Shown in pieces: positions 53,328-53,627 of a stretch of 53,627 bases of DNA (the stretch's first letter is position 1; every line of letters begins with the position of its first letter). Source of the stretch: a virus (lineage: Duplodnaviria; Caudoviricetes). The stretch is from positions 1-53,627 of IMG/VR virus record IMGVR_UViG_3300044951_001798; one strand, 5' to 3'. A program made the translations under genes and the position numbers. The notes beneath the pieces are model-generated. The model searched no databases and was not told the DNA's origin. It worked only from the letters and a program-made list of their open reading frames with translations.

Positions 53328-53627
53328 GCATTCTCGCTCCACTCGGTCGCTACGCTCCCCCGTGGAGCTTCGAGATCAGGCACGATTTTTCTACGCAAAA
53401 ACCACCTTCCGGTCAGTGCTGCTGTCAGCACGCTCCCTCACGGGAGCGTGCCACAGGCCCGGTATGCGTAGCTTGGTAGAAACAGCACAAGCTACATACT
53501 GCATTCTCGCTCCACTCGGTCGCTACGCTCCCCCGTGGAGCTTCGAGATCAGGCACGATTTTTCTACGCAAAAACCACCTTCCGGTCAGTGCTGCTGTCA
53601 GCACGCTCCCTCACGGGAGCGTGCCAC
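53328..53627. repeat. Exact 127-bp direct repeat, 173-bp period, multi-hairpin
   Basis: 53328-53454 identical to 53501-53627. Confidence 0.95.

Noticed and set aside
53295-53495. Hammerhead ribozyme (CTGATGAG at about 53299, GAAAC at about 53479)
   Set aside because: Could not build stems I-III in the required order around the core motifs.
1-53627. Genome-wide stop-codon reassignment
   Set aside because: Genes read normally in code 11 and TGA terminates many of them; only one internal TGA was found.

Overview
Near-complete, circularly permuted temperate lambda-like siphophage genome. The host is probably an anaerobic deltaproteobacterium (inferred from gene content, not proven). The window opens inside the gpA-type large terminase (minus strand). 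The cro-side operon (minus strand) covers a DCL/DUF3223 protein, primase-helicase, an AT-rich origin, RusA, HU, a dNTP pyrophosphohydrolase, a PAPS-reductase-family protein and TerS/TerL. A cI/cro switch separates it from the plus-strand operon: Sak4, DUF669 SSB, helicase, ParB-methyltransferase, Cas4-like nuclease, DUF1566 and Xis. An intact attP carrying the 3' half of tRNA-Arg(CCT) and a tyrosine integrase follow. Lysis, fibre, tail and head genes are on the minus strand. The window ends with a thermonuclease moron and a highly structured repeat region. Most notable: (1) an ORF missed by the ORF track, with an in-frame TGA at a conserved Cys of a CCxxHD motif followed by a SECIS-like hairpin (candidate phage selenoprotein), directly upstream of a stand-alone NrdD glycyl-radical domain; (2) fibre genes that appear to split one domain across gene boundaries (possible donor-strand polymer); (3) a covarying structured repeat array; (4) an IscB/IS200-IS605-type fused-end scar; (5) a duplicated primase C-terminal domain flanking the origin; (6) a 188-aa tape measure protein. 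All family assignments are motif recognition by eye; no searches were run.
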